DNA from: Eremomyces bilateralis CBS 781.70
Taxonomy: Eukaryota
DNA: 20,000 nt
NCBI GenBank assembly: GCA_010015585.1
Contig: ML975164.1
Reading direction: 5' to 3' (one strand)
A program made the position numbers and the translations under genes. Shown piece by piece: positions 1-9,728 of the stretch. The notes under the pieces are model-generated. The model did not search any database, was not told the DNA's origin, and was given only the letters and a program-made list of their open reading frames with translations. Each line of letters starts with the position of its first letter. Position 1 is the stretch's first letter.

Positions 1-1298
1 GATATTGCTACCACAGTCATCGATCTGGAAACTATCAGTCAAGAGCAAGGGTTCTAAGCACAAGCACACGCTGAATAGGGTGTGCTTTTAGGTTTGTTAT
101 ATTCAAGAACAAAAGGAGGTTCTACACAAGCATCACAACCACCCCCCGATCACTTCACTCTAGTGCGCATAATGGCTACCGCAGGCATACATCAGCACAG
201 AAAGGCATGATTGAATCAATGACATATGCCGGAGTACAGCCGATGCAGATAATGGCTGCCATTCAAAAGAAGGATCCGGACACGCTTGTCTCTGCCACCG
301 ATATTCGCAGCGAGGGGAAGGCAATTAGAGAGAAACACTTGAATGCGAGGAGTCCGATTGAGACATTACTAAGTGACCTGTCTACGCCGGAATGGGTCTT
401 CGCTATCAAGAAGGATGCGGATCATCATCCTTGTCCCGGCCTCTTTGAGAAGGTAAACGGTCTTCCATGTCATCATACGCTGCGAGATGTGATGAATTAT
501 GGATCAACGTTACGACTAGATCACCTTTACGACGACCATTGGCGCTATCAGCATAAGAAAGGACGGTCAATAAGCCTCTCTCTAAGGCCATATCAATATA
601 TCCTGGAGCCGCTTCCTGCTCAAACAAGAGGTGTGCCGAGGAGGAACGAGGTATCAACTCGTCGAGATCCATCAGCCCTTGAACGACGTGTACCACCTTC
701 TCTTCCTTAATCCAAAGACCAAACACTTGCTGAGGTCTTACAACACATAAACACCTCTGTCGCCGTGCCAATTCCTACATCTGCTCTACCTGCGAATGCT
801 ATAACTACTTCTATATCTGTGCCAATCCCTGCACCTGCTCCTATATCTTCCCCTGTCTCTGTTACTGTGTCTGCCACTATGGCTCGATCCCCTCCACAGT
901 CTGCCTAGAAACCTCCGTCGTTGGAAGAGTTCTTTACTAACATCGAGCGTCGGCGGATTTAGCCTATTCTGCATGACTGCAGTGATTTTAGTAGAGTATA
1001 GTGACCAATTTTTTGGCAGAGACAGGGCAAGAAAAGGACCCCACAGAACTGATTAAAGCACGGAATATGCTCTCGCTACATGCGAGGTATATGCTTCCTG
1101 TACTCCAATAATGGCATGGAATTATGACTTTGGAGATATGGAAGCGTCTACGCTGAAAGATTTGCACAAGTCAAGGCTCAAAATGCTCTTCTTGAGTCTT
1201 AGGATGTGCGCGGAGAGCGCCCTAAGCGCGCTGCAGCAGAGACTGCATCAAATGTTTGGAAAGGACTCGGTCTGCGCAAGAGACAGCTACGTCAGTAG
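1..1298 (+). mobile_element. Degraded, internally deleted Mutator-like (MULE) DNA transposase remnant
   Basis: HHNH motif near 130-145. ORF 207-710 has a MULE-type N-terminal region (SPIETLLSDL..EWVFAIKKD) fused directly to a SWIM-like CPGLFEKVNGLPCHH, so the DDE core appears deleted near 425. A P/S/T low-complexity stretch (770-900) follows, then a disrupted basic C-terminus (YAERFAQVKAQNALLES*DVRGERPKRAAAETASNVWKGLGLRKRQLRQ*, stop 1296-1298). The left boundary probably lies outside the window. Confidence 0.7.
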
Positions 1299-1329
1299 AA
1301 GATAGGCTTCATAATATGAGCAGCTATGA

Positions 1330-1570
1330 AGGTTCAAGGGCCGATTGCTAGAAGGCTTCCTGCAATAGTGAATAGTCCTTGGTAGTAACAATGAGGCCTC
1401 GCGAGGTCTTAAAAGGAGCTTCCGCAGATAATATCTTGAAAGGAGCTACAACAACTTTTTGAAGAATAAGAAGCCGTCTAATGAACATGATCTCGATACC
1501 CAGTTTATGTAATTATACCATGCTAGTAAGAATTGGGTTAGCGTTGGGGACAAATCTCACCAGCCTACCA
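1330..1570 (+). other. Structured non-coding element, copy A (homologous to about 18210-18490)
   Basis: Colinear blocks shared with copy C: TTCAAGGG, GGCTTC, AGTCC, CTTGGTA, AGTAAC, GAGGCCTCG..AGGTC, AAGGAG, AATTGGG, TAGCGTTGGGGACAAATCTCA. Hairpins 1334-1341/1375-1382, 1393-1399/1404-1410 and 1498-1506/1530-1538. Confidence 0.6.
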
Positions 1571-1597
1571 CAAATTTACCATTGCAAATCTTATAAA

Positions 1598-1944
1598 ATA
1601 GCTCCAGGAACAGCCTGCTTTTGTAGGATTTCTGTTGAACTAACGGACGATAAGCTTCTCCGAACCAAACTCATCAAGATTTTGAGATAGCTCTAGAAAA
1701 GCAAGATTAGAATATAGAGTAACCACGGTCTTAAAGGCGTTCCTAACACTGCCATGTTCTTTCTTCTTAGTACAAAGGTATGCCAGACTATTCTGGAAAC
1801 ACAAACTTCCGCCAGGCCTTTCCAACAATTTCTGCTCTTGAGGATCGTCAATCTATCTGCGCTCTTTTGGAATCTAACGGTGTTTTCCCACTGTGTCGCT
1901 GCATTAATCATCTGATTGAGCGAAACCGCTATTTACAACTGTGA
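1598..1944 (+). pseudogene. Possible RIP-degraded ORF of unknown function directly after element A
   Basis: ATA at 1598 (possible ATG>ATA) opens APGTACFCRISVELTDDKLLRTKLIKILR*, with in-frame TAGs at 1688, 1694 and 1715. A protein-like continuation in another frame (NFRQAFPTISALEDRQSICALLESNGVFPLCRCINHLIERNRYLQL*) ends at 1944. No family recognised. Confidence 0.25.
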
Positions 1945-2382
1945 GCAAACGGTCTACCTATCCCTTCTGCCTCAGGCCGCAAGGCCATACCACACAGACT
2001 GGGCGAAGCCTTATCTCAGCTTGGGCTCAGGCGGTATCCAAGCCATGACCCTGGTTATGCTAAACCATAACCAGATTAGCCCCATGTTTAGCGTGAAATT
2101 CACTCAGCTGACTGCAACTGTCTTGGGTACCGTCTGAGAAACTCGTGCAAAACCTCAATAGACGGGTGCATGGCGAGATGTAGTAGAAATGACGAGATGG
2201 CGAATAACATCATACGGTAAAGTTGCGCGGGCTCCAAAAGTTGATGAAATATAGATAAGGGTTTGTTAAACCGTCCTATGGCTTTTAAATATCAATTTGC
2301 TAACTGTTTAATCTATAACTAGAGTTTTAAAACTACTTGTCGTGTCGTTATACGTGAAAGCTCAATCTCCAGATCTGCCTCC

Positions 2383-2978
2383 ATGCGAGTGAAGCGACGG
2401 CAAGGTCGCTCTTATCAGCGTGAAACCTCCCTATACCAGAATCCAGCCTCTGTACAACCATTTCCTATCGAGAAAACAACTGAAGAACGGATATCCATAA
2501 TTGCAACGACACCAGAGAAAGAGTTATGCTCGGTACTGCAAGATCTAGTCAAGACATGTCTGATACGAAAGAACATCAAATACCAGCATGATCTTACATT
2601 CCATGGTTTGCAGCGACTCCTGGGTGGCCGGCTCCCACGTATCAACCGGGTTCGGACTCTTCAACAAATTGTTTTTCGGCATGGGGATACTATTGTCTCT
2701 GCTCAGACTGGTTTTGGGAAGAGCATCATCTTTTATGCTATCCCAATCTTTATCGGCAAAATTGCCATCCAGTTGATCCCTTCAAGCAAGCTTGGAGAGG
2801 AGCAGAAGAGGTCAGGCCTTGCCTTGTTACAGCGGAGACCAAGCGCACGAATCCGAACCTGTTAAAGGAGATTGCAGCTGGATTATACACCCATATCTTG
2901 ATGAGTCCTGAGCAAGCAGTTAGCGACGAGTTTCATGATTTGCTGTCAAACCCTAGTGTCAAGGACGTAGACACGTAG
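2383..2978 (+). pseudogene. RecQ-like (SF2) helicase N-terminal fragment, frameshifted and truncated
   Basis: Motif I GDTIVSAQTGFGKSIIF and motif Ia-like IQLIPSSKLGEEQ in ORF 2383-2865. After a frameshift near 2812 another frame reads RPCLVTAETKRTNPNLLKEIAAGLYTHILMSPEQAVSDEFHDLLSNP (RecQ motif Ib-like SPE) and stops at 2976-2978, before any DExH motif. Confidence 0.75.
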
Positions 2979-3249
2979 TGATGTTGTCTCGAATACGTGC
3001 ATTGTACTACGTGTGAAAGATAATATTAGTACAAAGGAGGAAGATCCATCAAGCGGAGTCTTCCTGATAACTTTTACAAAGCACGTAGACGTTGGTCATG
3101 TGATGTCATGTGATATCATAACCGGCCAATGTCTGAACCGTGACGGACTGTAGAGTGGTTGGATTGGCCCTAAAACTTGATGAAATGTAGAAGTCAACGT
3201 GTAGAATCAATTTCTGATAACAGATTAGCGATAAACATTCAGTATCGAG

Positions 3250-4075
3250 TACGCTTAGCGATGGGAGTTCCCTCACCTATTTCATGATACGATCTTTCAC
3301 GCATCCACATAAAGTCTGTAGGAGTCTCTCAGACGGCAGTCGTGCCTCCTGCCTTTATAGCATATGATTGGTCAATATTTAGTGGCGCATGCTAAAAAAG
3401 ATGCTAGGCTTCAATGGGTATAGCGGAGCCTCATATTGGCCAGGGGGCACGATTGCCGGCTGAGTCCCAACTGAGATAAGCGAAGCCCAAGACTGTCACA
3501 AGAACTTGTAGTTACTTGGCGAGTGATTCACTTAAATGCCCATATGTCAGTAAATGTTCATTTAGGTGTAGTAATTGATTAAGATTTAATGATTAAGAAT
3601 TCGAAGATAGGGCATTAGATTTGCATTGACTTTGCAGCTATAGCATTAGGAAGCACTCTGCGTATGGCTACAGGCAATCTAGGTTGTAGGGATCGGGGGA
3701 CATTATAACAAGGTAGGACCTGTGCTCCGGTGGGGGATGAATTATGTACTGGGATCCTTTGTAGTAGTTAGGCTAAGTTAAGCTCTAATGGCACGGAACC
3801 GTTAGTTAAGTAGATTTTCTACTGATCTTGATTGAGATTTAAATATATCTAATTTATCTAGCTACAAGGAGCATCATGCTCTCGAGTCCCAAATATAATA
3901 TAATCCCCGTACGGAGCACAATTCAGTATTATTGGGCTATAAGACACTTTTTCATGTGAAAATAAGAATGCATCTTCTTCATGTGAGAATGAGAATAAAT
4001 ATGTTATAAGATGGCTGGTACTCACTCTGACCTAGGGGGTAGACTTTTCTCTATTATGACTTAAGAGCCGTATCC
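3250..4075 (+). other. Large structured non-coding region B upstream of the lipase
   Basis: 18-bp stem 3334-3351/3441-3458 (2 G.U) extended by CTCAG/CTGAG. Nested stems 3371-3378/3433-3440 and 3406-3412/3425-3431. Long interrupted hairpin 3721-3729/3912-3920, 3733-3738/3903-3908, 3750-3754/3887-3891, 3755-3764/3862-3870. Further stems 3535-3541/3610-3616 and 3484-3490/3932-3938. Confidence 0.55.
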
Positions 4076-4106
4076 TTAACTGATCGTTCATTGTTAAGTA
4101 CTTGAT

Positions 4107-5391
4107 ATGCTGCTTCTTTCTTTTGTTCCTCTGGGACTTGCGTCCCTTTCTTTCGCGTTTCCAGTCACTGAAAAGGCTGACTTAAGCGTTCCTGGCGTGT
4201 ATGTTACCGATACATACATAGACCATCTTGGAATTAAAAGGCAAAACAGTAAGGCCATCAGTTCGGAGCTCCACGATAGGCTCGTCTATTACTCTGAATG
4301 GGCTACGGCAGCATATTGTTCTCCGCAACAGGGCGAGACTGGGGGGAAAGTGTCCTGCCAAACTTCTAAGACATGTGGTCGTGTCGAGAAGTCTGACACA
4401 AAAATCTATAGCACGTGGCTCAAGTAAGTGGTCGCCCCAGTGAGTCTTAAAACTCTAACGTGCTGGTTTAGCATTGGCAACAATTCAGCCACCGGCTTTG
4501 TCGCCGCCGACCATACCACGAAGAACATTATCATCTCTATGCGCGGATCCGTAGCCTTGGCCAATTGGGTAGCCGACCTTAAATTTTTCCAAACGGAGTG
4601 TGTTGACGGATCAGTCGTCATAGGACCGGGCTTTTGCAATATTGGATTCTTGGGGTTCTGGCAGCAATCTAGGGAAGCCGCAGAGGAAGGTCTTGCGCAG
4701 GGATTGCAGGAAAACCCAAGTTATAATATCGTCATCACCGGCCATAGTCTGGGAGCAGCGGCTGCCGTGTATGGAGCCAGTTATCTCCGCCAGAATGCCC
4801 AGTATAAGGACAAGATAGTGGAGTCGGTATGATATCCCCCCCTTTCCCCTCTATAAGACCTTAAACTGACACCATATGTCTTAGTTTTCGTACGGGCAGC
4901 CTCGAGCTGGAGATGAAGCATTTTCAAAATTTGTCACTGCACAAGGGAATAATTATCGCGTCACCCACACTAGCGATGCCGTCCCAAAGCTGCCTCCAGA
5001 GAGTGGAATTCAGGGCACGCTTGGCTTTGAAACATACAGCCACATTGCTCCCGAGTACTACATTTCGGACGGCTTGGGCATGAACATCAACAATATTCAC
5101 GTCATCGACAGCGGATCTAGCAACGAGGGTAACGCTGGTACAGGCCAGTTGAAGTTCAATATTGTTGCACACATCCAGTACTTCCAGAACAACATGTACT
5201 ACTGCGTTTTACCCCTACCTGATCTAAGCAGTATAGGTATAGGTTATCCAGATGGGACGAAGAGGAGCATCGATACCCTCGATGCTAACAGGACCATCAC
5301 AGATATCGATGATACTGTCAATAGGATCCTCGATGAGAGATTTGGACCGGACATATGGGGAACATCTTCTTTCGAGCCTTTTTTGCAGTAG
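4107..5391 (+). CDS. Secreted class-3 lipase (Lipase_3 / feruloyl-esterase-like), 392 aa; exons 4107-4423, 4472-4826, 4885-5391
   Basis: Signal peptide MLLLSFVPLGLASLSFA, propeptide ending in KR, and motifs AAYC, RGS..LANWVADL, TGHSLG (nucleophile), YGQPRAG, RVTH..DAVP (Asp) and AHIQYF (His). Introns 4424-4471 (gtaagt..ctaac..tag) and 4827-4884 (gtatga..ctgac..tag) join three ORF-track fragments in frame. Confidence 0.93.
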
Positions 5392-5674
5392 TATCACCTA
5401 CTGTGACAGTCTTGGGCTTTGCCCAGTCTGTGTGTTGTGACCTCGCGGCCTACCATAAGGCAGAAGGGAAAGATGTAAAATAGCAGATCGCAGTGAGAGA
5501 GGTCTTTTTCTTTTCTCTTTAGCAAATCCACAGCATTTCAGCTATATTAAATCCTTAGTGGTTTGAGCCTTCACGATTTGATTTTGCTCATTTCTTCCGA
5601 AGAAAGCTTGCTTATACTGATATCCAAAATGGCTTGAACGGATGGATGTACGTCGAAACTAGCAGTTGAGCGAA

Positions 5675-5731
5675 TAATTTCCATCATTACTAGCGCAGGG
5701 GGAAAATCTCACGGGGGGGAGGGAAATCTCA
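5675..5731 (+). repeat. Diverged third copy of the TAGCG..GGGG..AAATCTCA motif
   Basis: 5691-5711 TAGCGCAGGGGGAAAATCTCA matches the 21-mer at 1539 and 18461 at 17/21 positions. The preceding TAATTTCCATCATTAC (5675-5690) matches TAATTTCCATTATTAC at 18442-18457. GAAATCTCA recurs at about 5723-5731 among G-runs. Confidence 0.6.
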
Positions 5732-6657
5732 AAAACGGGGGGGAAAGTGTCGCAAGATGCCCCTGTTGGTTTCTACTGCCCTAACTTTCCTTTCACTGCC
5801 CATTACCCCTAGGCTAGGCCTATTTCGGACAGCTTAGTGTTTTCCCTTGTATTTAGTTATCTTCAACTGTTTTGCTAGCTAGATCTCCTTTTTGGAGAGA
5901 CAATGGGAATCGTCAAGGCCAACTTGCGTTGTGACTCTACAGCAACTGAGCTAAAGAAGCAAACGTGCTTAATCATCACCCACGCGTGATGCGACAGAAA
6001 GTCTCACCAGCCTTATGAAACCGTGTCTGATACCAAACTGTCTGTCGATGCATTTGATTGGATGTTGAAATACGGAATACGAGGTAAGTGGCTGGTCTGG
6101 AAACGGGATACCTTAGGCATCTTGTCGCACGTGATGTGCTAAAATGGTTCGGAGTGAGGTGCTGTTGTTACAGCAGCGAAGTTGTTTGTATTGTGTGTTG
6201 TGTGTAAGTTGTGTGTTCTAGCTGAATGCCTGGTCCCCCGGACCTACAGATATACGAGAGTCACGGCAAGATTATTAATGCAGTTTGTAGCCTTGGACTC
6301 CTAGAACTCATGCCTTGGCCTGCGACACATCTCTATCCTGAATGAAGCCGTTCATTGCCCAGACCTTGATAAATATACATCATTATTGGTTCCGCATGGT
6401 CTCATCATCTGCTCGTTGTTGAGTCTTTGGTTTCAAACTTTTTTGGATTTCCTGCCGTCCTTGATTATTATACCTGCTGCTCTCTTCCCTAAGCCTTTGA
6501 TCCGTTCGCCAATTGCCCAGAATAGCAAATTGCTATTACATCGTACACATCTACATTCAACAGCAGTAGTTATTCCCATCCCAATTAGATAATAATCATC
6601 TCTCCAGCTCATCTATCCATAAAAATCCATACTATCAAACCCACCCCCCCTCTCCCA

Positions 6658-7749
6658 ATGCACGTCCTCTGGTCCCTCATCCAACCCACCCTCTCCGCCC
6701 TCTCCCCCTCCCCCCTTCCCTTCTCCCTCCGCTGGCGCCTCCTCATCTTTCAACCTCTCACCGCCCTCATCTTCACCTTCAAAGCCCTCCCCTGGATCCT
6801 TACCCCCAACTCCTACTCCGTCCACCACCTCCCCACCCGCGCCAAACACTCCCTCCGCACCCTCGCTTTCCAGCCCCCATCCCGCCCCACCCCTGACTCC
6901 CGCCTTCGCCCCCTCGTCCTCCTCATCCACGGCGGCGGCTTCGTGGGCGGCCTCCCCGACATGCTCGCGGAGTTCGCGCAGACGATCGCAAGAAGGACCG
7001 GCGCTGTCGTTGTCGCGCCGACGTATCGCCTTGCGCCGCGGTGGAGGTTCCCCGCGGCGATTGACGATGTGGATGATGCGGTGAACTGGGTGGTGGAGAA
7101 TGCAGAGAAGGAGTGGGGCGCGGATAGGAGGTGCATCACCGTGTGTGGGTTGTCGGCGGGAGGGAATTTGGCGTTCGCGACGAGTTTGGGGAGGAGGGAG
7201 GTGAAGGGGTTGGTGACGTTTTATGCGCCGGTAAGTCTGATTTTGCTTAATAGCTCCGTATCATGTTTGGTTGATGATTGGGTATAGGTAGATTTGCGGT
7301 TACATCCTAGGGCGAAGCCTCGCCCGGACAACTTTCCCAAAAGCGACCCCCTGGGCTTCTTGCAAGAGTTATATGATACGTATGCGTCTGATGCAAAAAA
7401 AGAGTGCCCCGAGGACCCGAGATGCAACCCGATTTTCGCGCCCCTGGACGACCTTCCGAGGAATATCTTGCTGCAAATACCGAAGATCGACATCCTTCTG
7501 CATGAGCAAACCGTCTTCGTGGAGCGCTTACGCAACGAGGCCCGGGGGAGAGGCGAGCTTTTAGAGGATGGAGAGGAGGATTTGGAGGGGAATAAGAGAA
7601 GGATCATGGCGAATTTCTATGAGAAAGGGTTTCATGGGTGGGTGGAGTTGTCAAAGACGATGGTGGATCAGGAGAGTTGGACGATGGCCACGGAGAGTTC
7701 GTTCGACTTCATTAATGAAGTCAATGGAGCGAATGGTTATGCTTTTTGA
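6658..7749 (+). CDS. Alpha/beta hydrolase (Abhydrolase_3, hormone-sensitive-lipase-like esterase), 344 aa; exons 6658-7230, 7288-7749
   Basis: HGGGF oxyanion motif, YRLAP..FPAAIDD, GLSAGG nucleophile, KIDIL (Asp) and GFHGW (His). Phase-0 intron 7231-7287 (gtaagt..tag). Confidence 0.92.
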
Positions 7750-8324
7750 AGTGACAGGTTTGTCTTGGATGGCGATCGGAGTTCTCTGCTTTTCTGAACT
7801 GTGATCCTACCTCTTTCCTTATTGGCGATACGAACATAACCCCCTGTTTATAAGATAACCCCTCAGCTTTGAATGCTACTCTTCTCACACCACTCTTTAC
7901 TTCACATTCATGCTCATCCCAGAGCTTCGATTATTCGAATCGATAGAGTCTTGAGTTGGATTGCTAGGCACTGTGTCCCCCCTCCTTCGACTGAAGCGCT
8001 AATATGAAACTGATGCTGAGAGCCTACCAAAAGACTGCCGACCACAAGCTAAGCTTAGCTGCGATGCTTGAACGAGTTTCTCCTTAAACGTCGCCTAGAT
8101 ATCTTGCATGGGCAGTGACGGCCGCAGGATGAGTGATCTCACTGATATCCGGCTTGCATTCCCGACCCTTCGAGAAGGATGGATGGAATAATCAGTGCCA
8201 GCGGCGGAGCGGCAACATGTTCGACATTGCTTGACGCCGAACTTCTGCGGTCCGATGGTTAGATCAACCAGCCACTCAATTCCATGTTACTTGACAGAGC
8301 GTAGCCGGCAGACAGTGTAGAGAC

Positions 8325-9728
8325 TCATGTTCCCGTAGCAGATATAGTGGCACACCGATTTCCATCCTGCGGGCCCGTTCTCCATACGCATAGGAGCTTA
8401 TCATAAAAGCTGGTGGAAACGAACTCCGCTCCTCCTTCTTCTTTCCAAAGATGGCCGTCGGCGCTCGGAATAGCTGCACTGGCATAGTTCATGCTCTTAT
8501 GCTCCTCGAACCGTGCAAGGACATCGATGCTCCATATGTCATTTTCGAGTTTAATCTCAACGACACGGACACCGGCGTACATGCAGCTGACCAGAACCAC
8601 CCACGAAACACGGTCATTCGAGGCGTCCATTGGGCGGTGTTGCGTGCGTGAAAGCTCTTGAAGCCTCCAGACTCCTCCTCCGAGGTCCAGTTCCGTGAGA
8701 ACGGTGGGTCGGCCCACTGACGGCACGGAAACCGCTCGGATGTGATCATCGTAGCTCCCTGTTAACATGATGGATTTCGACAAGGGATAAATCACCGTGA
8801 CTCCTGCTTGATGGATCCGTCTGTCCACTCGTTGTACCGGTGCGCCTACGCTGAATTTGTCTCCGTCGGAATGTGCGGCAAGGAAACCACTGCAGTCACT
8901 GACCCGAAACGTCGCATCATCTCCTCCTGATAGAACTGATATTCCGTCTATGGACGGCACGACGTACCATGCTTCGAGATCATGGTTACATATCGTCATG
9001 AGCTTCTCGGTGTCGCGATAGTCTACACTACGCGGTTCACTTTCCGGGCTGATCGCTGGACTTGAGAGATCGAGCACGCAAAGGATTATTTCTCCAGTCG
9101 ACAATGCTGCACAGATGATGTTCGGATCTGTGTGGAATTGGAATGCGGTCACCAAGATGGTTGGTGGCGCAACTTGATGGAAGGTCTGTTCTTGAAAACG
9201 GGTTTCGGTTGATGATTTGGTGGTTTGACGTAGCTTATACGAGACGAGACTACCGGTTGATAGAGCGGCGACGAGGATGGGGTCTGACCCTTCAACACGA
9301 TTCGACGACTCTTGGAAATGGAGGTCAAGAACGCTGGAGGTATTGAAGGCCACTCTTTCTAGATACTGTCTATTCGTAATAGTCAGTGTAAATGCCCAAG
9401 GATAGCAAGTGATATGAACCAAAAATTGGACTCCAAGAGACAATATTTCATTTCATGGATGGGTAGGGATATTCAATGCAGTTCATGACTTATAAAACAT
9501 TACATACATATCGCCCTCAGACCCAATAATCTTCATGATATCTATGGCGCCCGATCGAACTTGCGCCTTTCCATGCTCTTCATTGTCTTCATCTTGCTTG
9601 TCGAGATGATAATATCCCACCACAAAATGGGTGGTATCCCAAAACTCCAAACAACATGGTTCGTAATCCAGAGTCACTCGGTTCAGTGTCTGAACTGAAT
9701 ACCTTACTGATGGCTCGGATTCTTCCAT
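8325..9728 (-). CDS. DPH7: WD40 diphthamide-biosynthesis methylesterase Dph7/Rrt2, about 421 aa; exons 9728-9508, 9369-8325
   Basis: Motifs HDLEAW, SGGDD, HQAGVT, TGSYDD, LGGGVWRL, SCMYAG, EEHKSMNYA and STSFYDKLLCVW are typical of Dph7. Phase-2 intron 9507-9370 (gtatgt..ctgac..tag) joins the two minus-strand ORFs. Confidence 0.9.

Noticed and set aside
1045..1300. Hairpins (1091-1098/1140-1147, 1173-1181/1192-1200) as part of element A
   Set aside because: They lie within the decayed transposase C-terminal coding region. They also show that 8-9 bp stems can arise without a dedicated ncRNA, which is a caution for the weaker structure calls.
1539..1567. Group II intron domain V-like fold (TAGC GTTG GGGA CAAA TCTC AC CAGC CTA: AGC triad, tetraloop, AC bulge)
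   Set aside because: The triad C is unpaired and the loop is not GNRA. The copy at 18461 lacks the bulge and the copy at 5691 lacks the lower stem. Worth revisiting only if more homologs support it.
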